From positions 1-64,000 of IMG/VR virus record IMGVR_UViG_3300043411_000704: a stretch of 64,000 nt of DNA. One strand, 5' to 3'. The notes under the pieces are model-generated. The model was not told the origin of the DNA and did not search any database. It worked only from the letters and a program-made list of their open reading frames with translations. The position numbers were made by a program, and so were the translations under genes. This DNA comes from a virus. Every line of letters begins with the position of its first letter. Position 1 is the first letter of the stretch. This document shows positions 1 to 8,351 of the stretch, in pieces.

Positions 1-162
1 AGCACCAACAACCACTATAGCACCAACAACCACTATAGCACCAACAACCACTATAGCACCAACAACCACTATAGCACCAACAACCACTATAGCACCAACA
101 ACCACTATAGCACCAACAACCACTATAGCACCAACAACCACTATAGCACCAACAACCACTAT
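1..162 (+). repeat. Nine perfect 18-bp tandem repeats (agcaccaacaaccactat)
   Basis: Unit repeats exactly 9 times from position 1; reads GCA CCA ACA ACC ACT ATA = APTTTI in frame 2. Confidence 0.97.
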
Positions 163-172
163 ACCACCATAA
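2..172 (+). CDS. 3' end of a protein with a Thr/Pro-rich (APTTTI)n mucin-like C-terminus (5'-truncated by window)
   Basis: Frame open from 2, ends ATA CCA CCA TAA (170-172), overlapping the next ATG (TAATG coupling). Confidence 0.8.
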   Translation, partial: APTTTIAPTTTIAPTTTIAPTTTIAPTTTIAPTTTIAPTTTIAPTTTIAPTTTIPP

Positions 173-996
173 TGAATTTGAGCATAGGAACATCAGTTTT
201 CGATGATTATAATGGAATATATTTCACCATCCAATCATTGAGAATGCATCATAACTTAACAGATGCCGAATTTATTGTGATCGACAATAATCCTGATAGT
301 AAACAGGGCACGGAAACTAAAAAGTTTGTAGAAAATGACGTAAAGGGCAAGTATATACCGTATTCGGATAAACAATCAACCTTTACAAAGTATGAGGCTC
401 TTAAATATGCATCCAGAAATTATTATCTGGGGTTAGACTGTCATGTGATGTTGATGCCCAATGCAATCAATGAATTAATGCATTATTTTGTGACCAATCC
501 TGAATGTAAAAATCTTGTTCAGGGACCCCTCATATACGATGATATAAAAAGTATATCTACACACTTCAAACCTGAATGGTCTGGTGGAATGTATGGAACA
601 TGGCAGACCGATGAACGATATAAACAAGATGACCCCTTTAGTATTCCGATGAATGGTATGGGTTTATTTGCATGTGAAACAAGATATTTTCCTCAAATAA
701 ACCAAAATTTCAAGGGCTTTGGTGGAGAAGAATGGTATTTTCACGAAAAAATCAGACGAAATGGCGGGCATTGTATTTGCCTTCCCCAACTACAATGGCT
801 TCACCGCTTTAACCGACCGGATGGTATTCCATATATAAACACATGGGAAGATCGTTTACGAAACTATTATATTGCATGGTGGGAGTTATATCCAGATGTG
901 AATCATCCTATGATATTAAGTATAGAAGAGCATTTCAAACAATACCTATCAATGGATAAGATAAATGAAATTTTTGAGGAAGTTATAAACTTATGA
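172..996 (+). CDS. GT2-like (GT-A fold) glycosyltransferase
   Basis: FIVIDNN, LDCH (DxH), GFGGEEW motifs typical of GT2. Confidence 0.8.
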   Translation: MNLSIGTSVFDDYNGIYFTIQSLRMHHNLTDAEFIVIDNNPDSKQGTETKKFVENDVKGKYIPYSDKQSTFTKYEALKYASRNYYLGLDCHVMLMPNAINELMHYFVTNPECKNLVQGPLIYDDIKSISTHFKPEWSGGMYGTWQTDERYKQDDPFSIPMNGMGLFACETRYFPQINQNFKGFGGEEWYFHEKIRRNGGHCICLPQLQWLHRFNRPDGIPYINTWEDRLRNYYIAWWELYPDVNHPMILSIEEHFKQYLSMDKINEIFEEVINL

Positions 997-1658
997 AAGT
1001 TCTTTATGTCGGAAGTGGAAAATCTGCATTAGAAGCATCAAATTCCAACTTTGATGATCATTTTATAGTATGTGTCAACAATGCATGGAAAATATTTCAG
1101 GGGAAAAGAAAAATAGATGTATGGCTGCATACGGGTGATTTTCCTAGAGAAAATTATGCATCACCAAATGAATTTAATTTAGAAATCTCATATAAAGATT
1201 ATCAAAAAACTTCCAAAGAAGCGGCTGACATTTTACAATGGAAAACTAAAAGTCCTGAACGTTATGCCGGATACACTGCATTCTTCCAAGGATTATATTG
1301 GATATTCTTTGCATTAAAACCTGAAAAAATTGGTCTATTGGGGTTTGACCATGATTATAATCCAGCAAAATCTGAAAAATGGATTTTATCAGGAAAACCT
1401 AATATACAAAATCAATTCAACAATAAATCCGAAAAAACTATAGCTGAATGGTCTGCTAATTTTTTCAAAGATTATGAACCAGATTTTTTTTATGGACACG
1501 GAACACCAGACCCTCTCAGGTTGGGTGATGATCATTTACTCGAAAAAATGAATTTGGCAATAATTTCCGCAAAAAAACTACAAATATCATTGGTAAATTA
1601 CTCAAACATATACTCTACACTAAATCCTATACAAAAAGATTCACTTATCTGGAGTTAA
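993..1658 (+). CDS. Putative glycosyltransferase, sialyltransferase/Maf-like fold
   Basis: VGSGKS...VCVNNA...LLGFDHDY pattern. Confidence 0.55.
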   Translation: MKVLYVGSGKSALEASNSNFDDHFIVCVNNAWKIFQGKRKIDVWLHTGDFPRENYASPNEFNLEISYKDYQKTSKEAADILQWKTKSPERYAGYTAFFQGLYWIFFALKPEKIGLLGFDHDYNPAKSEKWILSGKPNIQNQFNNKSEKTIAEWSANFFKDYEPDFFYGHGTPDPLRLGDDHLLEKMNLAIISAKKLQISLVNYSNIYSTLNPIQKDSLIWS

Positions 1659-2147
1659 TGGATCTACAGTATTGTTTTCTGTTGAACCAAAAAAGGCTTC
1701 TTGTTTAGAATTGAATTTAAAATACCACATTTTGATAGGCCCATTGACTGCCATTCGACTAGAAACTTCCACTAAACCATTACTGAGTATTCGCCACGAT
1801 AGCGGTATTTTAGCCCTGGTTCCCGTTCCATCCTTCTCAAAGTGATATTCTACTTTTGCAATACTATACCATGATTTATTAACAAATAAACGTTCCAATT
1901 CTTTATTAGTCGTAAATTCAACTTCACTAACAACTATTAATCCCAGTTCATCTCTAATAGCCATTTGTAGCTGTTGATCAGCTTTCACCATCGGATCGTT
2001 CAACAACTTTTCCAATTCAACCTTGTATGTATCTTCAATACGTTTGATCGCAGCTTCTTTTTTTGCCTTCAAGTCATCTAATTTAGAAGGAAGTTGTGCA
2101 ACTATTGTAGAGGTGATTGACAGAAGAATAATAATTAGTGTTTTCAT
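1641..2147 (-). CDS. Secreted/periplasmic hypothetical protein with signal peptide
   Basis: MKTLIIILLSITSTIVA-Q signal-like N-terminus; own sigma70-like promoter. Confidence 0.7.
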   Translation of the reverse strand: MKTLIIILLSITSTIVAQLPSKLDDLKAKKEAAIKRIEDTYKVELEKLLNDPMVKADQQLQMAIRDELGLIVVSEVEFTTNKELERLFVNKSWYSIAKVEYHFEKDGTGTRAKIPLSWRILSNGLVEVSSRMAVNGPIKMWYFKFNSKQEAFFGSTENNTVDPLTPDK

Positions 2148-2154
2148 ATACAAC

Positions 2155-2183
2155 ATATTACACTACTTATTTTAAGTTGTCAA
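2155..2183 (-). promoter_or_regulatory. sigma70-like promoter (TTGACA-17-TAATAT)
   Basis: Minus strand ttgaca acttaaaataagtagtg taatat. Confidence 0.6.
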
Positions 2184-2194
2184 CCAAATTTTTG

Positions 2195-2200
2195 TAAATA
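2195..2200 (+). promoter_or_regulatory. T4-type late promoter TAAATA
   Basis: 6 nt before ATG 2207; motif recurs at the same spacing throughout the window. Confidence 0.65.
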
Positions 2201-2206
2201 GTTTTT

Positions 2207-2509
2207 ATGTTCCAATCAATCAAAACCGCATGGACAATTATTTCAAAAAAAGATAATATTCGTAATGTATTAGAAGCAATTTACAACGTGATAATCAAGG
2301 CACAGGTCGTTATTGATATTATTCCGGTTACTGCATCACCTTATGTGGTGATCATTAAAACTGCAATCGAGACTATTAAAAAAGTTATAGAAAAATATGG
2401 TCCTATTGTGGGATTTGAAACTGTTGTATATGCACAATCAGATGAAGATCCGTCTATTGCACTGATCAATGCGATTGAAGAACTAAAAGCCGCAGTTGAA
2501 TCAAAATAA
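2207..2509 (+). CDS. Hypothetical protein
   Basis: 100-aa ORF after TAAATA. Confidence 0.7.
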   Translation: MFQSIKTAWTIISKKDNIRNVLEAIYNVIIKAQVVIDIIPVTASPYVVIIKTAIETIKKVIEKYGPIVGFETVVYAQSDEDPSIALINAIEELKAAVESK

Positions 2510-2511
2510 TT

Positions 2512-2751
2512 ATGGACTCGCTTTTCAAATACATAAAAGAGGTTTTAGCACTAATAGGATTTATTTCGTTGGTGGTTCTGACGTTCACTAAGATAGTTCC
2601 ACCCGAAGCATTTCTAACTCTTGTTGGTATGATTATCCAATACTATTTCCATAGTTCAGAAGTCAAAAATCTTCAACATCGCATTGATGATAAAGACGGT
2701 CAAATACAAGCACTGTCAGTTGGAAAACCAGTGCCGGTCAAACTTGATTAA
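2512..2751 (+). CDS. Holin-like small membrane protein
   Basis: 79 aa, two hydrophobic segments followed by a charged tail. Confidence 0.45.
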   Translation: MDSLFKYIKEVLALIGFISLVVLTFTKIVPPEAFLTLVGMIIQYYFHSSEVKNLQHRIDDKDGQIQALSVGKPVPVKLD

Positions 2752-3218
2752 TGGCTAAAAAAACTGTTAGAGAATATAAACAAGGTATATTCAAGCCCAT
2801 ACACCGAGAAAAGTGTTTGAATAAAGAGTGTCCCGTTTATAGATCAGGTTTAGAATTATCTGTTATGCTGGTTCTGGACAAATCTTCGGTCGTAAAAAAA
2901 TGGGGAAGTGAGGTGACGGTGATTCCATATTTTAAAGAAGTTGAGAACCGATCAGCCCGTTATTATATGGATTTCACTATTGTTATTGATCTCAATGGAA
3001 AAACCGAAACATGGTTAGTTGAGGTTAAACCTGAACGGCAAACAGTAGAACCCACCAAACACGGAAATAAAAAATCTTCCACTATTTTATATGAAAATAT
3101 GATGTATATCACAAATAAAAATAAGTGGGAAGCCGCTGAAGGGTATGCAAAAAAACATAATTATAAATTTGTGTTGATGACAGAAAAAAATATAGATACT
3201 TTACTCAGGTCCTTATAA
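2751..3218 (+). CDS. Head completion nuclease (T4 gp4-like, TnsA-type PD-(D/E)xK)
   Basis: QGIFKP, YRSGLE, WGSE, RYYMDF, LVEVKP, NKNKWEAA, F..MTE motifs. Confidence 0.88.
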   Translation: MAKKTVREYKQGIFKPIHREKCLNKECPVYRSGLELSVMLVLDKSSVVKKWGSEVTVIPYFKEVENRSARYYMDFTIVIDLNGKTETWLVEVKPERQTVEPTKHGNKKSSTILYENMMYITNKNKWEAAEGYAKKHNYKFVLMTEKNIDTLLRSL

Positions 3219-3229
3219 ATACATTTCGA

Positions 3230-3994
3230 ATGGCGAAAAAACATTCTCAAAAAGCCGGTTCTAGACGACATAAAAACTCTTTAGAAGAATTAGAAGATGA
3301 GATAACTAACATAATACCAAAACCAACTATACGTTTAAATACTCCTTTCAAATGGACTACCAAACAAAAAGATGTGATAAACACTGTATTGGATGATAAA
3401 ACTAATTGTGTTTTTATTAACGGAGAGGCTGGAACTGGTAAAACCCATTTATCCTTGTATTCTGCATTAAAATTACTTCAAGAAGAAAAGATAGAAAATA
3501 TCATTTATGTCAGAAGTATAGTCGAGTCTACTTCTACACCACAAGGTTTTTTACCGGGCACGGCAAAAGAAAAGGAAGCACCTTATATGGAAATTATGGT
3601 GGACACTATTGGCCAGATATTGGACCCACAAGTAGCCAAACAATTACTGGATTCAAAAGTGATCAAAGGTATTTCCAATTCCTTTATTCGTGGAGTCACT
3701 ATGCGTAAAAGTATGGTGATCGTAGATGAAAGCCAGAACTATGATATGCACGGGCTCAAATCACTAATAAGTCGTATAGGAGAAGGTTCTAAAATAGTGT
3801 TTCTATTCGATCCCGGACAGTCTGATCTTCGAAACAAACATCATAGAAATGATATAACTAGATTCTCAGAAGTATTCAAAACACAGGATTCAACAGAATT
3901 CGGTATATTCTATAAAGAATTTACGGTCGATGATATTATGAGAAGTCCATTCTGTAAATTTGTGATGACTAAATTAAAAGCCGCAGGAATTTAA
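3230..3994 (+). CDS. phoH: PhoH-like ATPase
   Basis: GEAGTGKT Walker A, GFLPG, IRGVT, DESQN, SRIGEGSK, QSDL, DIMRS; TATAAATA at 3214-3221. Confidence 0.93.
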   Translation: MAKKHSQKAGSRRHKNSLEELEDEITNIIPKPTIRLNTPFKWTTKQKDVINTVLDDKTNCVFINGEAGTGKTHLSLYSALKLLQEEKIENIIYVRSIVESTSTPQGFLPGTAKEKEAPYMEIMVDTIGQILDPQVAKQLLDSKVIKGISNSFIRGVTMRKSMVIVDESQNYDMHGLKSLISRIGEGSKIVFLFDPGQSDLRNKHHRNDITRFSEVFKTQDSTEFGIFYKEFTVDDIMRSPFCKFVMTKLKAAGI

Positions 3995-4000
3995 TTAAAG

Positions 4001-4036
4001 AAAAACCGGTAGTAGATGCATCTACTACCGGTTTTT
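4001..4036. terminator. Bidirectional terminator, perfect 36-bp palindrome
   Basis: aaaaaccggtagtagatg|catctactaccggttttt between convergent gene blocks. Confidence 0.85.
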
Positions 4037-4067
4037 ACCATGAACCACACTAACCAAGAGTTGACGA

Positions 4068-4262
4068 TCAACTCAAATTCTTTTTACGTTTCTTAAATTC
4101 TTTAATAGCTTTGCCCATCATGAAAAACTCTTCATCTGTAAGTCTCACCTTGCCACCAAAATCATCAGTGATTTCATATCCTTCATTTTTTGGGTGAATT
4201 GTAGGACAGTTTGAATTTTTACGGCAGTTGCATAGAACAATAGTATCTTGATCAAATCTCAT
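4068..4262 (-). CDS. Hypothetical protein (Cys-rich N-terminus)
   Basis: 64-aa ORF in operon context. Confidence 0.65.
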   Translation of the reverse strand: MRFDQDTIVLCNCRKNSNCPTIHPKNEGYEITDDFGGKVRLTDEEFFMMGKAIKEFKKRKKNLS

Positions 4263-4271
4263 AAGTAAAAA

Positions 4272-4760
4272 CTATTTATTTGGTAAATCGTAGATTACAA
4301 CATTGATGTTATGTGCAGATAATTGTTTTTCTATCACTTCTTCAATAGGCTCCCATGATGGAAATCCACCAAGCCCAATCCCTATTCTAGGCATGTTTAC
4401 CGTTGCCGAATAGTTTTTTGCATATCCACACACTTCTTTTAAACATTCTTCAAAACTTTTGATATCAAATGCTGGTTTGTTCGGTTTTGAATATCCATTT
4501 TGGGCAATCATGTTAACCACTACTGTTTGTGAATCACACCAGACAAACTGGCACTTACCTAATGGTAATTCGGTTCCATTTTTCTGACATAATCTCGCCC
4601 AATCTCTATAATTTACTTCTGGTTTATTCCATTTTTTAGAAATCGCGACTACAAAACCTCTTCCCCAACCACCTTTATTATTACACACATGGCATACCAA
4701 ATTGATACCTGAATCAGTTGGGTTTGTTGCATCGCCAGTTCTATAAACGATGGGGATCAT
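4272..4760 (-). CDS. Macrodomain (Poa1p/Appr-1''-p processing-like)
   Basis: GDAT, HVCNNKGGWGRGF, NMIAQ, MPRIGIGLGG..W motifs. Confidence 0.9.
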   Translation of the reverse strand: MIPIVYRTGDATNPTDSGINLVCHVCNNKGGWGRGFVVAISKKWNKPEVNYRDWARLCQKNGTELPLGKCQFVWCDSQTVVVNMIAQNGYSKPNKPAFDIKSFEECLKEVCGYAKNYSATVNMPRIGIGLGGFPSWEPIEEVIEKQLSAHNINVVIYDLPNK

Positions 4761-5115
4761 TATTTTTTAGATTGTTAAGGTCTTCCATATTTTCGATTAA
4801 AATACCATTAACTCTGTGCCGATTATTGTGAGCAGGTAATTTCTCTCTAAGATAGAACGGTTCAATTTTATGTATATCAGTAAAATGATTATCAAAGCGA
4901 AATCCATCTATCACATAGTATCCTTCTTCCACATCTAGTTCAATATTAGGAAATAATGTTTTCCATTTTCGTAAAAATTTACGGAGATATGGAAGTCGTT
5001 CATTTCGCAATATTTCCTTGTCCCTGGTTATAGAAGCAAGTCCTTCTGGTGACTTATAAAAATCTTCTATTTCTTTTAAGACAGCTTTTGATTCCTCTGA
5101 TCCATTGTCATACAT
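4741..5115 (-). CDS. Hypothetical protein
   Basis: ORF in tightly packed operon. Confidence 0.65.
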   Translation of the reverse strand: MYDNGSEESKAVLKEIEDFYKSPEGLASITRDKEILRNERLPYLRKFLRKWKTLFPNIELDVEEGYYVIDGFRFDNHFTDIHKIEPFYLREKLPAHNNRHRVNGILIENMEDLNNLKNNDPHRL

Positions 5116-5118
5116 AAT

Positions 5119-5553
5119 TCATCGAGCAAGCAAGTTAACCAAATTTTTAATCTCAACATCAGTAAAACCATTTGGGACATCTACGGTAACAGTCCGTGTA
5201 GGAACCACTTTTGGCATGTTTTGATATTTTAACGATGCACCAAGAGTTTCCAGGTCCGAAGCCATAAGATGAGACCCTTTGACGTTATTGCAAATTATCC
5301 AGCTAGGCTCGTCGGATTTATCCCAGAAACTACAATATAATGACCATTCATACCCACACAATTTATAGCACGCATTTTCTTCATCTAGTTCAAGACTTTC
5401 AAAAATATTCTTAAATTTATTAAAATATTTTTTCAAGTCTGCTAATCTATGGAGCTTTGCTATTTCGCCGTCCAATTTTTCTTTTTCTTGTTTTCTCACC
5501 AAGTATGCCTCATGTGCATCTAGTGCCATCTGTTTTTGTTCTTCTTGTGTCAT
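5119..5553 (-). CDS. Hypothetical protein
   Basis: ORF in operon. Confidence 0.65.
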   Translation of the reverse strand: MTQEEQKQMALDAHEAYLVRKQEKEKLDGEIAKLHRLADLKKYFNKFKNIFESLELDEENACYKLCGYEWSLYCSFWDKSDEPSWIICNNVKGSHLMASDLETLGASLKYQNMPKVVPTRTVTVDVPNGFTDVEIKNLVNLLAR

Positions 5554-5564
5554 AATTATATCCT

Positions 5565-6287
5565 TTATTTTAATGTTTGTTCGAACTCTTTTAGTAACTG
5601 AAGTTTATCATATTCATCTTCTAATGATGCTAACACACTTTCTTCCTCAATCAGGTTTCCATCGGCCCCAATATAATTTGAAATCGTTGCTAATTTTTGC
5701 GCTACATCACCTTCCAGGGCAATTATTGCAGGTTGATCTGTTGGATCAAAGAAAATGGTGGTTCCGGTAGAACGATAACATTCAAAAATACTTTGAAAAA
5801 TATTATCAATCTCAATTCTAAATGTCGGATCAATATCACGATTTGGATTTGTCAAATCATCTAATGTAATTTGGTTATTAAGTGGCAACCAGAAAATAAT
5901 ATCATATTTCTTCATTGCATCCCTACACATTAAAATAGAATCATTTATATATTCGTCAGTAAATGTTGTATCATACTCGGTCTCAGATTTAGACATCTCA
6001 TCTAATTCTTTTTGATATAGATACATTGTATAAACAAGATTGTCTAGTATTGTTCGATCCTGGACCGAGAACTTATGGTTCGATTCATTATGTGCTTGCT
6101 CAAATAGTGCATCTCGAATTATTGTTTGTGATTCGACCGTTCCTTGCCGGTTGATCACCAAGCTCTTTTCTTTTATCAGTTCTCTATATGTTTTTTCTGG
6201 CGAAACATACATTGGCCATTTTTCTTTGACCGCATTTACTAAAATGGTTTTGCCGTTACATTGGGTGGAGCAGATTGCTATTCTCAT
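5565..6287 (-). CDS. P-loop kinase, AAA_28/NadR-like (nucleotide kinase-like)
   Basis: RIAICSTQCNGKT P-loop variant, DRTILDNLVY, YDIIFWLP. Confidence 0.7.
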   Translation of the reverse strand: MRIAICSTQCNGKTILVNAVKEKWPMYVSPEKTYRELIKEKSLVINRQGTVESQTIIRDALFEQAHNESNHKFSVQDRTILDNLVYTMYLYQKELDEMSKSETEYDTTFTDEYINDSILMCRDAMKKYDIIFWLPLNNQITLDDLTNPNRDIDPTFRIEIDNIFQSIFECYRSTGTTIFFDPTDQPAIIALEGDVAQKLATISNYIGADGNLIEEESVLASLEDEYDKLQLLKEFEQTLK

Positions 6288-6306
6288 CTGGTAAATGATA
6301 CGACAA

Positions 6307-6621
6307 CTAATATGTTATGTCAACAAATTTCTTTAATTTTTCTGTAAGTGTCAGAAAGTCAGTATAATTATCGTCGTCAGAATTAACTTCTGCACCAAAG
6401 AAATCTACCGTTTCTTGTAAAAGAACACGCAATTTATCATTCTCGTCTAATAGAAATTGATAATCTTCTAAATTCTGTTCTTTATACATACACTGCATAA
6501 ACTTACACGAATCAGGTGAGCAACAACCTGAACATCCACATGAACCACATAGCGAACAATATTCAAAATTGTCTTGATTTTCCAAATCTTGTAAATGATA
6601 TTCAAATGCTTCAGCAATCAT
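6307..6621 (-). CDS. Cys-rich hypothetical protein
   Basis: CSLCGSCGCSGCC...C...C cluster. Confidence 0.65.
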   Translation of the reverse strand: MIAEAFEYHLQDLENQDNFEYCSLCGSCGCSGCCSPDSCKFMQCMYKEQNLEDYQFLLDENDKLRVLLQETVDFFGAEVNSDDDNYTDFLTLTEKLKKFVDITY

Positions 6622-6625
6622 ACTA

Positions 6626-6937
6626 TTATCGTTTTTGTGGTTCTAGATATTCATCAGTATATACTATTTCAAATTCATCAAATGGACACCATTCACCGTC
6701 AATACGTTCTTCACCAGGAGAACAAAATGCATTCTCATTTGGATTATCTGTGCAAACACGAGTTCCTACAAATACTGCGCCCAAACAACCTGATGGATCA
6801 GTCAATTCATTTTCATATTCGCCGACAGTCATTCGTCGAACCCTATATTCATTATCTTCATAGAGTGCTTCTGTTCCTTCCTTGAACCATTGATCAGGTT
6901 TCGAAATAAATTTCACATATTTTAGTATATCAACCAT
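6626..6937 (-). CDS. Hypothetical protein
   Basis: ORF; ATG at 6937 preferred. Confidence 0.6.
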   Translation of the reverse strand: MVDILKYVKFISKPDQWFKEGTEALYEDNEYRVRRMTVGEYENELTDPSGCLGAVFVGTRVCTDNPNENAFCSPGEERIDGEWCPFDEFEIVYTDEYLEPQKR

Positions 6938-6938
6938 A

Positions 6939-7073
6939 TTATTTAAAATTTCCAAATCCTACCATTCCCGATGGCCTATGTGGTGATTGTTGCGCATTGG
7001 TTAATAATGCATTTAACAACTTTGCTTGTTGAATTTGTATCCGTAATTGACGTATTTTATTTTTGGTGTTCAT
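6939..7073 (-). CDS. Small hypothetical protein
   Basis: ATG overlapping the upstream stop. Confidence 0.4.
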   Translation of the reverse strand: MNTKNKIRQLRIQIQQAKLLNALLTNAQQSPHRPSGMVGFGNFK

Positions 7074-7294
7074 TTCTTGGGCTCTTCTTTTGGTTTTGTA
7101 TAAATTCCGTCTAGTGCATTTTGCATCCATTTCAGATTGTCTTCTGAATATGGACTGACTATAAAATCGCTTTTTTTATCCTTTAATGTCAGTGACATCT
7201 TATGTTTCTTATACATTCGAATAATGTCTGTAAGAAATAAATCAATTTTCCTGTTTGATTTCTTGATTACCGGATTTAAGGTTTTTCTGAGCAT
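7070..7294 (-). CDS. Hypothetical protein
   Basis: ORF in operon; start uncertain. Confidence 0.45.
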   Translation of the reverse strand: MLRKTLNPVIKKSNRKIDLFLTDIIRMYKKHKMSLTLKDKKSDFIVSPYSEDNLKWMQNALDGIYTKPKEEPKK

Positions 7295-7452
7295 CCGCAC
7301 CTCCCACAACACTTTTTATATTCTGAATAAGAAATATCGGTCGGCACACAACATTTTTCTACAACTTTTGGTTTACGAAAAATCTGATCATAATTCTCTT
7401 CAAATTTCTTCCTATCAAATGGTCTTAGTTTGTCTCCTTTTCCTGCACTCAT
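7276..7452 (-). CDS. Small protein MSAGKGDKLRP... (58 aa, not in ORF track)
   Basis: Translated by hand; ATGA overlap with upstream gene; Cys-rich C-terminus. Confidence 0.65.
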   Translation of the reverse strand: MSAGKGDKLRPFDRKKFEENYDQIFRKPKVVEKCCVPTDISYSEYKKCCGRCGCSEKP

Positions 7453-7889
7453 GTTTCAAATGTTTGTTTCTCCCGGTTAATCTGTTGTTCTGTTGTTTCG
7501 TATATATGATGCTCCGAATTTTTGTAAAAGTCAATTACAGATTGCCTTTTTTCTTTAATTTTTTTTCTAAAAAGTCTTATTTCTTCCAATGTCTGATCAT
7601 CGTCTAATAGAGCAAACAAAATCTGCTCTAAATTATATCTTCTGTAGAACAATTCTCTATAAGTTTGATCAACTTCTTGTTCGGTCACAACCGCTTTTTT
7701 ATTCTCAAATAAGTCAATTAATTGACAATCGTCATAATCACCAACCAATTTATATCGTTCAAGATTATTATCTATTACCACAAAATCTTTACTATAAAAG
7801 GCTTCAACTGGGAAATTTTCCTTCTGGTCTTCTGACAAGAATGCAACCAATTTTTTATTCTTTTTATTAAAAATAGCTGTGATCTTCAT
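7449..7889 (-). CDS. Hypothetical protein
   Basis: 146-aa ORF with ATGA coupling. Confidence 0.7.
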   Translation of the reverse strand: MKITAIFNKKNKKLVAFLSEDQKENFPVEAFYSKDFVVIDNNLERYKLVGDYDDCQLIDLFENKKAVVTEQEVDQTYRELFYRRYNLEQILFALLDDDQTLEEIRLFRKKIKEKRQSVIDFYKNSEHHIYETTEQQINREKQTFET

Positions 7890-8098
7890 TGTCCGATAAG
7901 CAATATATGTGTTAATGCCGATATTAATCTGGCTCGGTCTATTTCTGGATTATCTGATACCTGTTGAATCAGTTCAGCAAGTTTCTGATTTTTAAGTTGT
8001 AAAGGTGATGTCAATGGTTTAGGAAAACCTGATGTTTCTCTTATAAAGTGGGTAGTCTCGTCTTTCCACTTATCAAAATTTGTAAAATCGGTGCTCAT
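7886..8098 (-). CDS. Hypothetical protein
   Basis: 70-aa ORF; TAAGTA variant 6 nt upstream. Confidence 0.6.
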   Translation of the reverse strand: MSTDFTNFDKWKDETTHFIRETSGFPKPLTSPLQLKNQKLAELIQQVSDNPEIDRARLISALTHILLIGQ

Positions 8099-8120
8099 TT
8101 GTTTTACTTATTGATGTAAT

Positions 8121-8351
8121 CTAGCACAACCCTTTTGCATTAATTCCTGTATGACTAGCACACAGTTTCATATAACTTGTATCATCTGGAACATAATCAA
8201 ATATTTCACTGTTACGATCTGGTGTGACTTTGGTGAAAACCAAATTCAAATGATCTTTAATAATCTGGACTTGTTGGGGACTCAACGTATTTGAATCACT
8301 CAATTCAAAATAACCTTTCAACCAATAACAAAATTCGTGCTCTTTAAACAT
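8121..8351 (-). CDS. Conserved-type small phage protein (FCYWLKGYFE...IIKDHLNLVF)
   Basis: Motif pattern typical of small phage proteins. Confidence 0.65.
   Translation of the reverse strand: MFKEHEFCYWLKGYFELSDSNTLSPQQVQIIKDHLNLVFTKVTPDRNSEIFDYVPDDTSYMKLCASHTGINAKGLC

Noticed and set aside
1-162. Possible CRISPR array
   Set aside because: Units are contiguous with no spacers, the length is a multiple of 3, and the tract reads as an ORF coupled to the next gene
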